Assembly: GCA_015680685.1 (NCBI GenBank)
Contig: MNCI01001077.1
Coordinates: 253,627 to 317,626 of the forward strand
Length of the DNA: 64,000 bases
Reading direction: 5' to 3'
Origin: Gnetum montanum
Lineage: Eukaryota > Plantae > Gnetophyta
The notes under the pieces are model-generated. The model was given only the letters and a program-made list of their open reading frames with translations, had not been told where the DNA came from and searched no databases. How positions within the stretch are numbered: position 1 is the stretch's first letter; each line of letters opens with the position of its first letter. Positions 51,536 to 64,000 of the stretch are shown piece after piece. The position numbers and the translations under genes were made by a program.

Positions 51536-51656
51536 CTGTGTAGGCATGCCAAAAGGATGGTACATTAACAAAGAAAAAGATGATGAATGTACACGAATGG
51601 AAACTAGGCAGGAAGTAGTGGGGTTGCTACGCTATGCATAGCTGCTTCTTGACCCA

Positions 51657-54165
51657 TCATGGGTTGAGCGGAACATAGGGCCGAGGTGCTTTGCCAGGGC
51701 CCTCGTTCACATCATTGTCCCCCACTTGGAAGGGCAACTCAACCCATGCGCTTTTCTTTTGGTAACTAGCTTGCTGAGCTGATTCTCCCACTAAATGATT
51801 AATGTGTGCATAAGCAGGTGCTTCATTCTTATAGGTTACAACCTTTGAGCCCTGCTCCATGTCTATGTTATTAATTGCCTACACTACTACCTCATCACCA
51901 TGGATCACCACCTCCCTACCTGCGTATGGTAGGTGGATTTCCTAATGAATGGGTGAAGAGAAAACCCTAAGTTGTGCTAACCATGATCTCCCCATGATTA
52001 AATTAAACCTAAGACTTTCTTCTACCACGATGAACATTGCGTTTGTGGGGAACTGATTCCTTGCCATGAAGTCTATGTGAACCATGCCTTTGAACAAGAT
52101 GTGTGCCCTATTGAATGACCTTAGGTATGATGTTATTGTGGATTTTATTTGGTCGACCAAGCCCAACTTGTCCACAATAGGAAAGGGGATGATGTTTGTG
52201 GCAGCCCCATCATCAATGTGTACCCTTTGGACTTGGTGTTGGCTCATCCAAATTATGATGAATAGAGGTGTCATAGTCACCTAACCCCTTTCAGGATCTT
52301 TTCTAATGGTGTCGTCATAGAAAGTCAGTTGATACGGTTCTGGCTCTGTAGGCATGAAAGGAAGCATGATCGAGTGGACCACTTCTTCTTCTGCTAGCAT
52401 GTATTTGTTTACTGGAATCACTGTTAACATGTGGATTAGCGTCTCGCGGTGGGGGACAGATCTCATGATTAGGTCATACAAGCTCAGTGTAGTTTTTTTT
52501 TCTTTTAGAACTTGTTTGACCTAAGTGAGGGCATCCAAAAGGTATTGGCCAGCACCTTGTTTAACACTCTCCTCTTCTTCTATTCGTCCCATAAGAAGAA
52601 ATTCCCAAGGAAGGGTGACTTCGGATCTAGGTTCAGAATGTTTTTGGCAAGGTGGCATAGACTGTACAGTTATAGTGACATCCCTCTTTTGTGATGAGGG
52701 CATAGATGCAGGGGGTGGAGATGTAGGCTTGGGAATACCTTGGATGGTACTTCCTCTTTACGTCTCACCTGTGAAATGAACTTCTCATTTTTTAGGATGA
52801 GAAGGTTGTTCAACTATGTTGTGTGGGGTGGGGGCTGTTGAATGGATCAGCCCCTTGATATTAAATGGAGCTAACAGTGTTAGCGGGTAGAGTCGCATGG
52901 CTTTGCTAATAGGTGGCATGGGGGTGGATGCCTATGGAGGAACTCTCAGGAAAAATGGATGTTGTGAGTTTGAACCAGCTGCTGGTGGTGCTAGTGCACT
53001 ATGCTGAGTCACATGGATCATGAATGGCTATTGGGGTGGCCTAGGATCACTATCAATTCCGATGACGTTGATGACATAATCAGCATTGTTGGCATTGAGG
53101 GGGTCTATGTAGACATGCATAGATTGGTTCTCAGGGCATACTGGGTTGATTTTGTCCAATACCAGTTTTCCCTAATTGATCAATATCTTGATGTCATCTT
53201 GCAATGCCAGATAATAATCTATGTTGTGACCACACTGTTGGTGATAGTCATAAAACCTGTCCATCTTGAAATACTTAAGAACTGGGGGCTCATTGGGTAG
53301 GTCTAGAGAGGGGTTCCTAAGGATCTCATAGTAGCATTGATGTCTACTGATTCCTTCTTATGAAATTATCTTGTGTTGGATATGCCTCACTGTGAATAGT
53401 TTCTTTAGAAGTTCTGAAGGCTTGAGAGGCAGTGGGGTGTACTTTGAGTGATCTTTATATTCAAAGTTCGGTTTGGGTTGTGCAGATGTCTCAGGTGCAA
53501 GTACTGGAGGTTGCAGTGCATTACCTTGCTTCAGCATGGGGTTAGCTATGGGTACGGCCAATTTTCTGTTGTTCTTGTTACCATTTTTACTAGGTTTGAG
53601 CTTGGCCTCGGTTACCATAGTGGCCACTATGGTTGTTGGGACCTTACCCTTGTCCTTCTTTGTGAAGGTGTTTTTGTAAGTGATGTCGGCTGGGTCTTTA
53701 CTTGCCTTGGACGCATCCTATATACTCTTATTCTAAGTGATGTCTTGACTAAGAGTGCAAGGGACGAGGTAGTATAGTTTAGACTTGATAAAGTCATTCA
53801 CTGCATCCTTAAAGATGGCCAACAAGTGGGCCTCCATGATGGTCTCGTGGATTTCTTTAAGGGTTACCCTCCAATGCTGGATGAACTTCTAGACTGGTTC
53901 CAGACGATCCTACTTCATGCGAGATGAACTTCTAGACTGGTTATACTTGAAGTGCATCATGAACTAGGTTAGGAGCTCCTCTAGAGTTGAAATGGATGAG
54001 CATGGAAGAGCGCAATACCAATCCAGGGCTTTCTCGGCTAGCGACATAGCAAATACATGAATAATCATGTGCGGCCATTATTGCAACAGGAGGGATTCAG
54101 ATATAAAGGTAATAAGATGTGCATTGGGATCTCCCTTCCCATTGTGCTTCATGAAGTGGGGGAGG
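51657..54165 (-). pseudogene. Element C gag (partial)-protease
   Basis: Protease VHIDDGAATNII (51942-52280); gag pieces 53358-53627 homologous to A; truncated just upstream of LPHFMKHNG by the LTR at 54166. Confidence 0.88.
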
Positions 54166-55565
54166 TGAAACACCACAAAATTTGAAGGCATTCTTGCTTC
54201 ACCACACCTTTGCAATTCGCACAACATTACGAAAGTTCTTTAGGAGATGGATGCTCTAATGATTCAGACTATCCGCTTAAGCAATTTTTCTAAGTCAAGG
54301 GATCTTGCTACGCTATGCTATACCATGTAGTATAGAAAACTTTAGAATACGTTTGCAAAAATGCAATGCTATGCTACGTAGCATAGCACAGCATAGCAAA
54401 AGATGAACAACCAGTCCTCTCGCCTGACTTCAAGTTCTTCGGAAATGTCTCCTTCCATCAGAAAGTGGTGAACTTGGGCAAAATTATGTCATGTTTGCTG
54501 CTACACTCTGCTAATCTACAAGGAACAATGAGGTGTAGCAATTCTAAGAAAGTGATAGAAGGCAACTCATAGGGCAAGATCAGCAAGTTTGCAAGTTTCA
54601 TAGTGCAAAAGATAAAGTTTACAGATTGAAGACATTTTTGCAACTAAGGCCAGTTGCTACGCTATGATATGCTACATAGCATAGCATAGCATGGAAAATA
54701 TGCGAAAAATAGTTAGCCCACTTCAAAGGTTTCTAACACATGTAGTAGGACACAATGCAATTTTCTTGCTTCAAACCGGCAGCTACGCTACGCCACGCTA
54801 CGTAGCATAGCACAGCGTAATAAGATGCTATGTCATGCCACACATGCTATGCTACAAACCATAGAAAAACATGAAAAGAAGTTATGTGACATCAATGCAC
54901 TTCACATAATTGCACTGTTTCTCTAACAATGTAATTACGGCATGGAAGGCTTGTAATTATGACATGGCAGGCTCACCCAATGGTCATATAGGCACGTGCA
55001 GCATATACAGGTCAACACAAGCCTAGGGCACATGGCATTCAAACTACATCTTTCATGTGCCCTTGGTCCTATAAATACCCCAATGAGTGATACGTAAAAG
55101 GGTCCCCAGCTCTGACTCTCTTACTTTTTTGGCTTTTGTAGCTTTTTGATCCCTAGTCTATTTTCTTGGAAATTTGATCAACTAACAGTCTGGTTGGCTG
55201 ACAAGAAAAATGTTGGCATTGTGATCTCAAGCATTTTAAGCTTTTTGTTTGACATTGTAAAAAGTTAGCATTTTTAGTTGGCATTTTATTTTGTTCTTTT
55301 CTTCTACCTTGGTAGAACTTCACGTTGTTGATGATTGAGTTCACATTCAAGCACATAGCCACCTTGCCCTACACGTCTTGGTTACTCTTGGGATCTCTGC
55401 ACTTCTCAACGCTATGCAAACAATTGTATCCATCCTAATAGCGCGAGGTCATAGCTTCAAAGTGGTGCATGTTTCGAACTACATTTTACTTTGTCTCCTA
55501 CTTACTATTTCATTTTACACTGCTTTATATTTTTTTTTCTTTTTACATTTAATAATTGCTTTGCA
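54166..55565 (+). mobile_element. C-family LTR inserted in the gag of C; 3'-truncated, with an internal deletion
   Basis: TGAAACACCACAAAA; collinear with the reverse complement of 39367-41021 until ~55565; TATA at 55070. Confidence 0.88.
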
Positions 55566-55599
55566 GTATAGGGCACATCAGCCCTCTTTGCAATATAGG

Positions 55600-57400
55600 G
55601 CACATCATCTGGTTCCAACCTCACACTGTTACATGTGTATATTGAGGTACCAGATGACCCTCCTGTCATGATGGACACGGATTCATCAATCCCCTCAGGA
55701 GCATCTTAGGACTCAGCTGTTTCGAACAAATGGTTAATCCATGGACAAGATAGTTGAGTTCGATCCCGTAGAACATATTTATTGTCTGTGCGAACAAAGA
55801 TAGCTAATGAAGAATGCAAATTTAAAATGGGACTACGCCTTAACATTTGAGTGTAATCGCACTATCTCCTTATGAAGGCCTGACAACAAAAATTGAGCCC
55901 AATTATAACACATCCTAATTTCTAGGATAGTTCGCATGATGCACACAACTTAAACACCAAGACTCCTCACCTGGGATAGGGATTTAGGAAACACTCGTGC
56001 CCTGAACAGGGGATATAATTCATTAACTTCCTCAACCTTTGAGTTCCCTTGCATATGGAATCCCTTGGAGCCCTTAGTAATTCCTAACCAATCCTCTAGC
56101 TCACGTACCATATTAAGCTCTTTCTAAGCCCTATCCAAAACTACATTTATGCCATCTTCTGGTACACCGAACAGGTTTGAAAAGAATTCAGCTGATAGAT
56201 GGAAAAATATTTTGACACCCTTAATATGGGTGTTGTAGTAGGAGATGGACTTGTCGAATGAATCCATGATCCTGATCATTTCAGCTCTCGATACATCAGG
56301 ACTCGGGCTTGTAAAGAGCTCCTTAAGGCTAGCATCATCTAAACAACAGACAATAGATGATGGGGCATGGATGCACAACCATTTCAGTGTCTTGCTAATC
56401 TCCCCAAACTTCATCGATAGGGTACTCTCTGTTTGTCTTGTCGTAATAGGGTCTCCGCCAGGAGGGACGTCAACTTTAAATATAATTTGAAACCTTCACA
56501 TCAGTATGACCACCAGCAGTAGGACAAACACACTTGAGCATCTACGAAATACTATCACTTACCTTTAGTTGTGGACTTTGAGGTGCTACCCAAGTCAGAA
56601 TCACGAGGGAAAATTGGTCCATTATGCGACCAATCTCCATGCAGCCACCCACAAGCCGTGTATTGTGTGAATGCTCTAGAAAATTATTTATGGAAATAGA
56701 CAATATCATCCTTGGTTTGAGCTAATATAGCTTCATGAAGGGTGGGACCTGCCATAAATGTCTCTAGAGCAGTATGAGCCAAGGCAAGTCCATCATCATT
56801 GATGCATGTCCCATCTTGGGTAACTTGGGGCCTGCAAAAGAATGGTCGTCAAAATAGAAGCAAATGCCAAATGATAAAAACCAAAAACAACAAGCTAAAA
56901 AATCTTACCTCTCTACCCGGTACACTGTGCCAGGAGGGTTCTGAAATAACATGTGTGCACATGCAACTAGAAACAAGGTGTTGTTGAGATAATCACACCC
57001 TCGTGGCAATAGGTCCCACATGCACGCTAACGGGTGAGTAGATCTGGGCCCGCCAGAGGGACTATCCTTGATCATAAGCAGCCCCTTGTCAATGTCTACC
57101 ATAAAAATTATGATGTCCCCCGAAGCTCCTGGAAACATAGCCTTAAGCACGCTCCGTGCCACTTGTTTGCTCAGATGCGACTAGACCACCACCTTAAATC
57201 TATCCAGATGAAGACGAGGAATTCACATGCCCCTTCCCTAAACCATACCCCATTGTTGTTAATGGTTAGATCAGGGGTAGGTTCATCAGTCTCAAGGGGC
57301 CCGAACCATGCTAGTACCCCAACTAGCTCAACTACCAGGAGGAAAGGCTCAGTTTCACTGCAAGTAACCAAAAAGCCACGATAAATCAGCCATACATGAA
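55600..57400 (-). pseudogene. Element D antisense accessory gene, 5' half (divergent homologue)
   Basis: KFGE...FSNLFGVP (56124-56414), LEDWLGITK, YNWAQFL; introns 56832-56908 (GTAAGA..TTGCAG) and ~56474-56562 (GTAAGT..AG). Confidence 0.8.
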
Positions 57401-57459
57401 AATGAGATGAACGAACAAAATTCCATGTTGCAGGCCAACACTTCAAAAAATTAAGAAAC

Positions 57460-58480
57460 TATTTACGCTCGATGTATATGCTATCAACAAACTGAAAATA
57501 CTCAACATATATGCTACCTAAAAAAAAATAAAACTGTTCACGCTCAGCGTATACGCTGTGAAAACCACCAGCGTATATGCTGTGCAAACAGTTTACACTG
57601 TACGCTGTAAAAAACTGCCAGCGTATATGCTTTGAAAATAGTTTATGCTAAACGCTATGAAAATAGTTTATGCTATAGGGTGTGCAAACATGTCAGTGTA
57701 TACACTGTGAAAAGTTCATGCTGTACGCTGTGAAAACAGTCAGCGTATACACTGTGAAAATTATTTACGCTACATACTGATAAAATTGTCTATGCTGTAC
57801 ATTGTCAAAACCCTCTATGCTACACACTCTTCAAACTGTCTACGTTGTACACTGAGGAAACCTTCTACGCTCAGCGTACAGACCCTATACGCTATAGAGA
57901 CCCTCTACACTACAGATCTATGCTAAGCGTACAGACGCTATATGCTGTACACACCCTCTACGCTAACTGTCTACGCTACCAAAACCCTCTACGCCATGAA
58001 AACTGTCTACGCTACGAAACTTTCTACACCAAATAACATGTATAGATGAAAATAAGTAACAGAGGCAAGATTAGAGCCTAACTATGTGACAATCTAGGCC
58101 ACGATGGAACCCTTGGCCTAGGCAGACACTGCAGAATGGCCTCGCTTTTCTTCGCGAAAGTCAAGTTAGGCCCCTTCCTCCCCTAGCCTTCTACCTCCTT
58201 GACCTTGCCCATTTCAACATCCTTTACGCTACAACTGATAGGTTCTATGCTGAGGTCTGAGTCTGCATGCCGAGCTGAATCCTCTATGCTGAATTGGAGC
58301 CTATACACTCACACCAAAGTTTTAAGCCTCTACGCTCATGCTTACGCTGGGGTTTGAGTTTGTACGCTTACGCTGGAGTTTGAGCCTCTACGTTTATGTT
58401 AGGTTTGGTGGTTTACGCTTACGCTCAAGGTTTACACTTACGCTGAAGATTTACACTTACACTAAAGGTTTATGCTCACA
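57460..58480. repeat. Dense TACGCT-motif repeat region
   Basis: Dozens of tacgct/tatgct/tacact and agcgta motifs in short degenerate units. Confidence 0.8.
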
Positions 58481-58775
58481 CTCCGAATCGCTTCAAGTTC
58501 GGTGCTTCTAAGTGACAGCCTTACACTATATATAGCATCGCTTCGGTCCCATCGCCGCAGCTGCCTTTGATTATTTTAATGTTTTTAATAGTTTATCAAT
58601 TTTATTTAAAAATTGTTAAAAATACAAAGCACAAAAGAGAATATATAAAACAAAGTGAACACTACCACACTCTAATTTCCTCGTAACCCAACTTCAGATG
58701 CCCACACTAAACATTTTGGTGCAATCTCTCTGATGCAAAATATACGGCGAATAGGCATCATCAAATCACCCATAT

Positions 58776-59097
58776 AGCCTGGTATGGCCTTAAACTACCA
58801 TGACAACCTACTATGGCCTTAAATTGCCATATTCGGTTCACATGATGGCCTAGTATGACCTTAAATTGCCATGATGGCCTGGTAAGGTCTTAAACTGCCA
58901 CATACATCCCACACATGGCCCGGTATGGCCTTAAACTGCCAAGACGGTCTGGTATGGCCTTAAACTGCCATGACGGCCCGTTAAGGCCTTAAACTATCAC
59001 AAACTACCCCATACAGCCCGGTAAGGCCTTAAACTACCACATTCGGCCTGGTAAGGCCTTAAACTGCCATGCGTCTTGGTGCGACGATAAACCACCA
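58776..59097 (+). repeat. Element D pre-RT hairpin/pseudoknot array (~10 units)
   Basis: ggcc-yggtaw-ggcc-ttaaa-ctrcca units; last unit cgtc-ttggtgc-gacg-ataaa-ccacca. Confidence 0.9.
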
Positions 59098-59190
59098 TCA
59101 TGCATGTACACATGATTTACGTTGCCAGGGAACATGAAACAACACTTATTAGCTCATTCTACCCTCTGTTTATTGGCAGGAACAAGCCTG

Positions 59191-62100
59191 ATGTATTTTT
59201 AGCATTTATCCACACCCTTGATCATCGATGGACCATATGGAAAAATCACAAGAGAAATCAACATAAACTCCATCAGCTTAGGTACATCAACGGAAGACAC
59301 ACTCATAGGCTCGACACAACCAAACGATAGATAACTACAAAGGTATGACAAGATCCCTCGACATAGAAGTCGATAGTATCACTGATGACCCATTGACTAA
59401 AACCCCCATCGTTATGCCTGATGGTGAAACCAAAATATTAAAATTGAGTGCACTATTGCAACCTCAACTGGCCAATGATGTAGAAGAGGTGATTCGAAAA
59501 AACATGAAAGCATTCACTTGGTCATACACAGACATGCTCGGGTTGGATCCTCGAATCATCAAGCATAATATTATCCTTGATCCAAAATTGAGGCCAGTGA
59601 AGCAAAACGCATGAAAGGTTAAACCTGAGGTGGCATTGGCAGTTCGCAATGAGATTGCCAAGCTTTATCAGGTAGGTTTTACTTAGGCTGTCGATTACGC
59701 TGATTGGGTATCCAACATGGTCATTGTCCTGAAAAAGAATGGAAGCATTTGCTTATGCATTGACTTCCAGGATCTAAATGTTGCAACCATAAAAGATGAT
59801 TTTCTCCTACCCAGCATTGATTAGCTTGTTGACACGACCGCTGGGCATGCCCTATTATCTTTTATGGATGGCTTCTTGGGGTATAACCAGATATGCATTA
59901 ACCTAGAGAATTAGCTCCAGACTACCTTTATGACACCATGGAGAACCTTTTGTTACACAATGATGCCCTTCGGTCTCAAGAACACTGGGGCCACATATCA
60001 AATGGCCATGACATTCATTTTTAACGATTACAAGCTACACTCGCTCAATGACTATGTCGATGATATCGTGGTTAAATTGAAGACATCAAAACAACATGTA
60101 CAAGACCTTGACTTGGTGCTAAAACATTGTTTAAAATATGAGTTCACACTTAATCCAAAGAAATGCATCTTCGGAGTCAAGACAGGAAAAATTCTTGGAT
60201 TCATAGCCTCGAAAGTAGGGATATGAGTAGACCCTAATAAAGTTAAGGCCATAACAAACTTAAAACCACCTAGCAACCTTACCGAACTCTGAGGTCTACA
60301 AGGTAGATTACAGTTCATCAGGCATTTCATAGAAAAACTAACGGACAAATTAAAATCTATGAACCACTTGCTATGCAAGAACATCCATTTTGAATGGACT
60401 CCATAGTGCGAGGAAGCATTTGACAATATTAAAAAAGCACTTATCCGACTACCCACGGTTTATCCACCTAAAAATGATAAACCTTTTTACATATACCTTG
60501 CCACTTCAGATTCGTCAATCACATCCATGCTTTGCCAAAAACAAGATGATGGAACCGAAGTCCCTGTCTACTACCTAAGCCATGCATTAGTAGCCCATGA
60601 GAAGAAGTATAACGAGATGGAGAGGTCATGTTTAGCCCTGGTATTTTCCTTAAATAAATGGCAACATTACCTCTTCCATAACCAAGTTAACATAATCTGC
60701 AAGGATAATGTGCTTAGAGCCATCACAGAAAACATTTACGAGATATGTAAAATAGCCTGTTGGAAAGCCATGATAGCTGAGTTTGACCTACACTACATAG
60801 CGCAATCATCAGTTAAGGGTCAAGCCATAGCAAATCAAATGACCGCATCACCAACGCACGATCAAGCAACGATAGAGCCAGAATTCCCTGACGAAAATGT
60901 AAGAGCAATAGACATACTACCCAATGACTATGATGCTATTTTGAACTTTGATGGGGCATCCACCTCTCGAGAGGGAAGTGCTACCGCCATCATCACCTAT
61001 CCCTCTGAGGAGATTTGACCCTTTGCTTATCATTTCAACTTTCACTGTACCAACAACATAGCAGAGTATGAAGGTCTCCTTAGAGGTCTTATGGCAGCAC
61101 TAGCTTCAAACATCACACAACTAGTGGTCAAGGGACACTCACAACTAGTTTTAAACCAAGTCACAGATATTTATACATGCAAAGCGCAACATTTACAACC
61201 ATACTGTGACTTGGCAAAACACTTAATGAGGTAATTCGAAAACATTGATGTGCAACACATCTCTAGAAATGATAATACCATCGCAGATGCACTAGCCACC
61301 CTAGCATTAAACATATCCCCTGACATGTGCCATACGTTGCCAAGCTCCATAATTAGCTATGCAAAACCCATAACCGATACACTTGATACATTGCCAATTG
61401 CATCCATTAGTATAACACACATGATAGAATGGTATGACGACATAAAAGAGTACCTTCTACATGGTGAAACATCGCGACATCTAACGAATGCACAAAAAGA
61501 TGTGGTACGAGAGCTTTCTAAGCAATATGCACTAGTAGGGGACACCTTGTGTCGTCGATACTATGAAAGCATATTGCTAACATGTGTTAGTAGCACTGAT
61601 GCCCAAACCATAGTTGATCAAGTACATGATGGACTATGCGGAGGACACATAGCACCAAAAGAAATGGCAACGAAAATAAGATGCTTAGGCTATTATTGGC
61701 CACATATGGAGTATGACTATCTCTCCAAGGCTAAAATATGTAGTACCTATCAAAGACACAGTAATCTGATCCATGTCCCACCAAATGAGTTGCATATAGC
61801 ACAAATCACATGACCCTTTCAAAAGTGGGGGTTGGACCTTATTGGACCAATAACACCTTCATCTTCTACAGGGCATAGTTTCATCATAACCGCGAAAGAA
61901 TATTTCACGAAGTGGGTAGAAGCTATTCCCGTTTGAAAAACCACATCTAAACACGTATGCAACTTCATTCTTGAAAACATTGTGACCCGGTTTGGCATCC
62001 CCATAGCCATCATCACTGACAATGGGCAACAATTCAGTAATGCCAAAACCAAAAATTTATGTGAAAGTCTGGGGATCAAAAACTCATTTTCATCCCCGTA

Positions 62101-62213
62101 CTACCCTCAGAGCAATGGGCAAGTAGAGGCCACAAACAAAACCATCATTACAATACTTAAAAGGATGCTTACCCAAAGCAAGAGAAGATGGCACGAACAG
62201 CTGGTATACGTAT
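59191..62213 (+). pseudogene. Element D RT-RH-aRH-INT, cut in integrase by element E
   Basis: ORFs 59345-59614, 59930-60226 (YVDD), 60527-61018 (RH, NFDGAS), 61250-61813 and 61982- (YYPQSNGQVEATNK). Confidence 0.93.
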
Positions 62214-63755
62214 TGAAACACCGTGAAAATTGCAAGTCGGCCTCAGGCAAAGATTCACAATTCAGGCAAGGGCGCATGTCAAAATTCAGAAGGGAGAGTA
62301 AGACAGAGCAACAACGAGAGGCGCATAGCATCAAGTCTTCAACCTCCTGTGTAGATTCCTAATCTTACTATGTTTTCTCTATTTACGCTATACCACGCGA
62401 CGTAGCGTAATGGCGCTTAGCTTGATTCTGTTTAAACATAGTCCGGTATCAGAAGGCTAGTTACTTCGGCATGGGGAAAGGCTTGAGCAGTGTAATATGT
62501 AACTTCTTGTATATTTTGCTAAGTCTTTTGTTCAAGGCCAGGTTTACACTCTATTACGCACGGCAGCGTAATGAGCTCCAAAACGGTCAAAGGCAAAGTC
62601 TAAGAAAGTGCGATTGCTCATCATACGCTCATTACGCAACGCAGCGTATCGCAACGTATTGCACCGCCAAGCTAAACATTGTTTTACACTTCATTACGTG
62701 CAGCTGCGTAAGAAAGCGTAAAATAGCTTAAATCCATGGCTTTCATGTTATGTTACACTCGTGCACGCAACGCAGCGTGAATGAGTGTGATATAACCCAA
62801 AGATAGTTGAAATACGCCCGACGCGCATCTGTTCTTTACACGCACAATACGCAAATAAGCGTATTGTGCGTAGTCATAAAGTTTGACATAAAAATGGTCA
62901 GACCAACAGTACCCGAAACATTTGGGACATACATCATCAGGGTTGCGCCTTTTCCACAGGGCGTCGCAGCCTATAAATACCCCAGTTGACAAAGATACAG
63001 GGGTTGGCAAATCAAAGAGGCAAAGGGCAGTTTTTCTGAGCACAGGAGCACTTATCACTTTGAGCAGAGACAGAGAGGGTAGCACTTTGGCAATTGTTGA
63101 CAGCATCACCTTCCAGCAAAAAGAGAGCACAATTCGCTTTGTGCATCAGCAACACAGCTTTTCTCCATCAGCGACCATTGGCGGTCCTAAACAAAAACTA
63201 CCTAAGGCGAAAGAAGCAGATACAAGATCGTGGGATTATCTTGCATGGTTCGCAGGCTCTATTGGTCAGAAACAGTTGATCGATAGACGTCAGAGCTTGA
63301 CCTTCCTTGCATCCCAACTTTGGCCCATGAGGTAGATTGGAATGCTGTTTGGACAGTTTTCTTGTTGTTTTGTGCTTGCTTTACGTCAAGTAATCGGAGT
63401 CTCCCCATTGTAACGCGATATACAAAATATACATCTTTTAAGTCAAAGCGCAGAGCTTGAAACCATGTGTTTCTCTTGTGTTGGCCTCCTCTTATCGTGT
63501 TTAGTGTTATCACCGTCGCAATTCATCTACATTGCTTTTCCCTCATTTTGCGATTCCTCGAATCAGATCGTTCCATGAGATATTCATTATCTCCATCAAT
63601 TTACTGACTAGTAAGTCCCTGTCTAATTGACAAGACCATCCAGGGCGCCGTGGATTCATTTTTCCAACATAGCCCTCGCATGGATCCATGGTTGAAATTG
63701 TGTACGCAGGATTTTGTTTGGTATTTTCCAGCTGTCGATGTTTTCCGTCGTTACA
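62214..63755 (+). mobile_element. 5' LTR of element E (~1.54 kb), a CpG-richer and probably younger Tat family
   Basis: TGAAACACCG...CCGTCGTTACA; TATAAATA at 62972; followed by a PBS. Confidence 0.9.
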
Positions 63756-63761
63756 GTTTTC

Positions 63762-63778
63762 TAGCGCTAGAAGAAGGG
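63762..63778 (+). other. Primer-binding site, tRNA-Asn type
   Basis: TAGCGCTAGAAGAAGGG is TGGCGCTAGAAGGAGGG with two G>A changes, complementary to the plant tRNA-Asn(GUU) 3' end as I recall it. Confidence 0.75.
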
Positions 63779-64000
63779 CCTAGGCTCTGATCTGAATATT
63801 TTAGGTAGCCCTGTTAGTGATCCATACCCTAAACCATAGACGTAATACCTCTATGGAAGTTTACGGCAAATCGTGTGGTATAGATTGGTTGCAAGGATGA
63901 TTTCTTTGGAATCCTACAGGGTAGAAAGCCTATTCATGCTTTTGTTGCTAGCCATTTCTTAGATCCGATTACCAGTTATCGTTAATCTCATTTCTTAATG

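Larger units (their letters stand above)
39367..54165 (-). mobile_element. Element C: Tat LTR retrotransposon related to A, inverted; gag cut by an LTR insertion at 54166
   Basis: Collinear reverse complement of A from gag to the 3' LTR, including the spacer gene and all three arrays. Confidence 0.92.

Noticed and set aside
62471-63513. ORFs inside the E LTR (e.g. 62922-63335)
   Set aside because: They lie within an LTR around the TATA box, have no domain signal and are not conserved in the other LTRs.

Overview
Repeat-only window from a large, heavily methylated plant genome (many CG/CHG C-to-T decay stops; gymnosperm- or fern-like by inference). I found no host genes, RNA genes or CRISPR arrays. 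It is a nest of decayed LTR retrotransposons: an Athila-like Ty3/gypsy pol remnant (minus, ~3.5-7.0 kb), a near-complete Ty1/copia (minus, 27811-32761), and several Tat-lineage Ty3/gypsy pieces with RT-RH-aRH-INT order and TGAAACACC...TACA LTRs. These are element A (+, ~7550-24445), B (+, ~35.9-38.6 kb), C (-, 39367-54165), D (+, ~55.6-62.2 kb) and E (+, 62214 to window end), plus LTR fragments at 1-429, 38604 and 54166. The main finding is the Tat architecture. In A and C, gag-protease is separated from RT-RH-aRH-INT by ~6 kb. That spacer holds an antisense, TATA-preceded, multi-intron protein-coding gene; the divergent element D has the same gene upstream of RT with conserved protein motifs and intron positions. 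Arrays of a short covarying hairpin (probably pseudoknot) motif sit after protease, before RT and after integrase. All calls were made by eye; boundaries other than LTR ends and quoted motifs are approximate.
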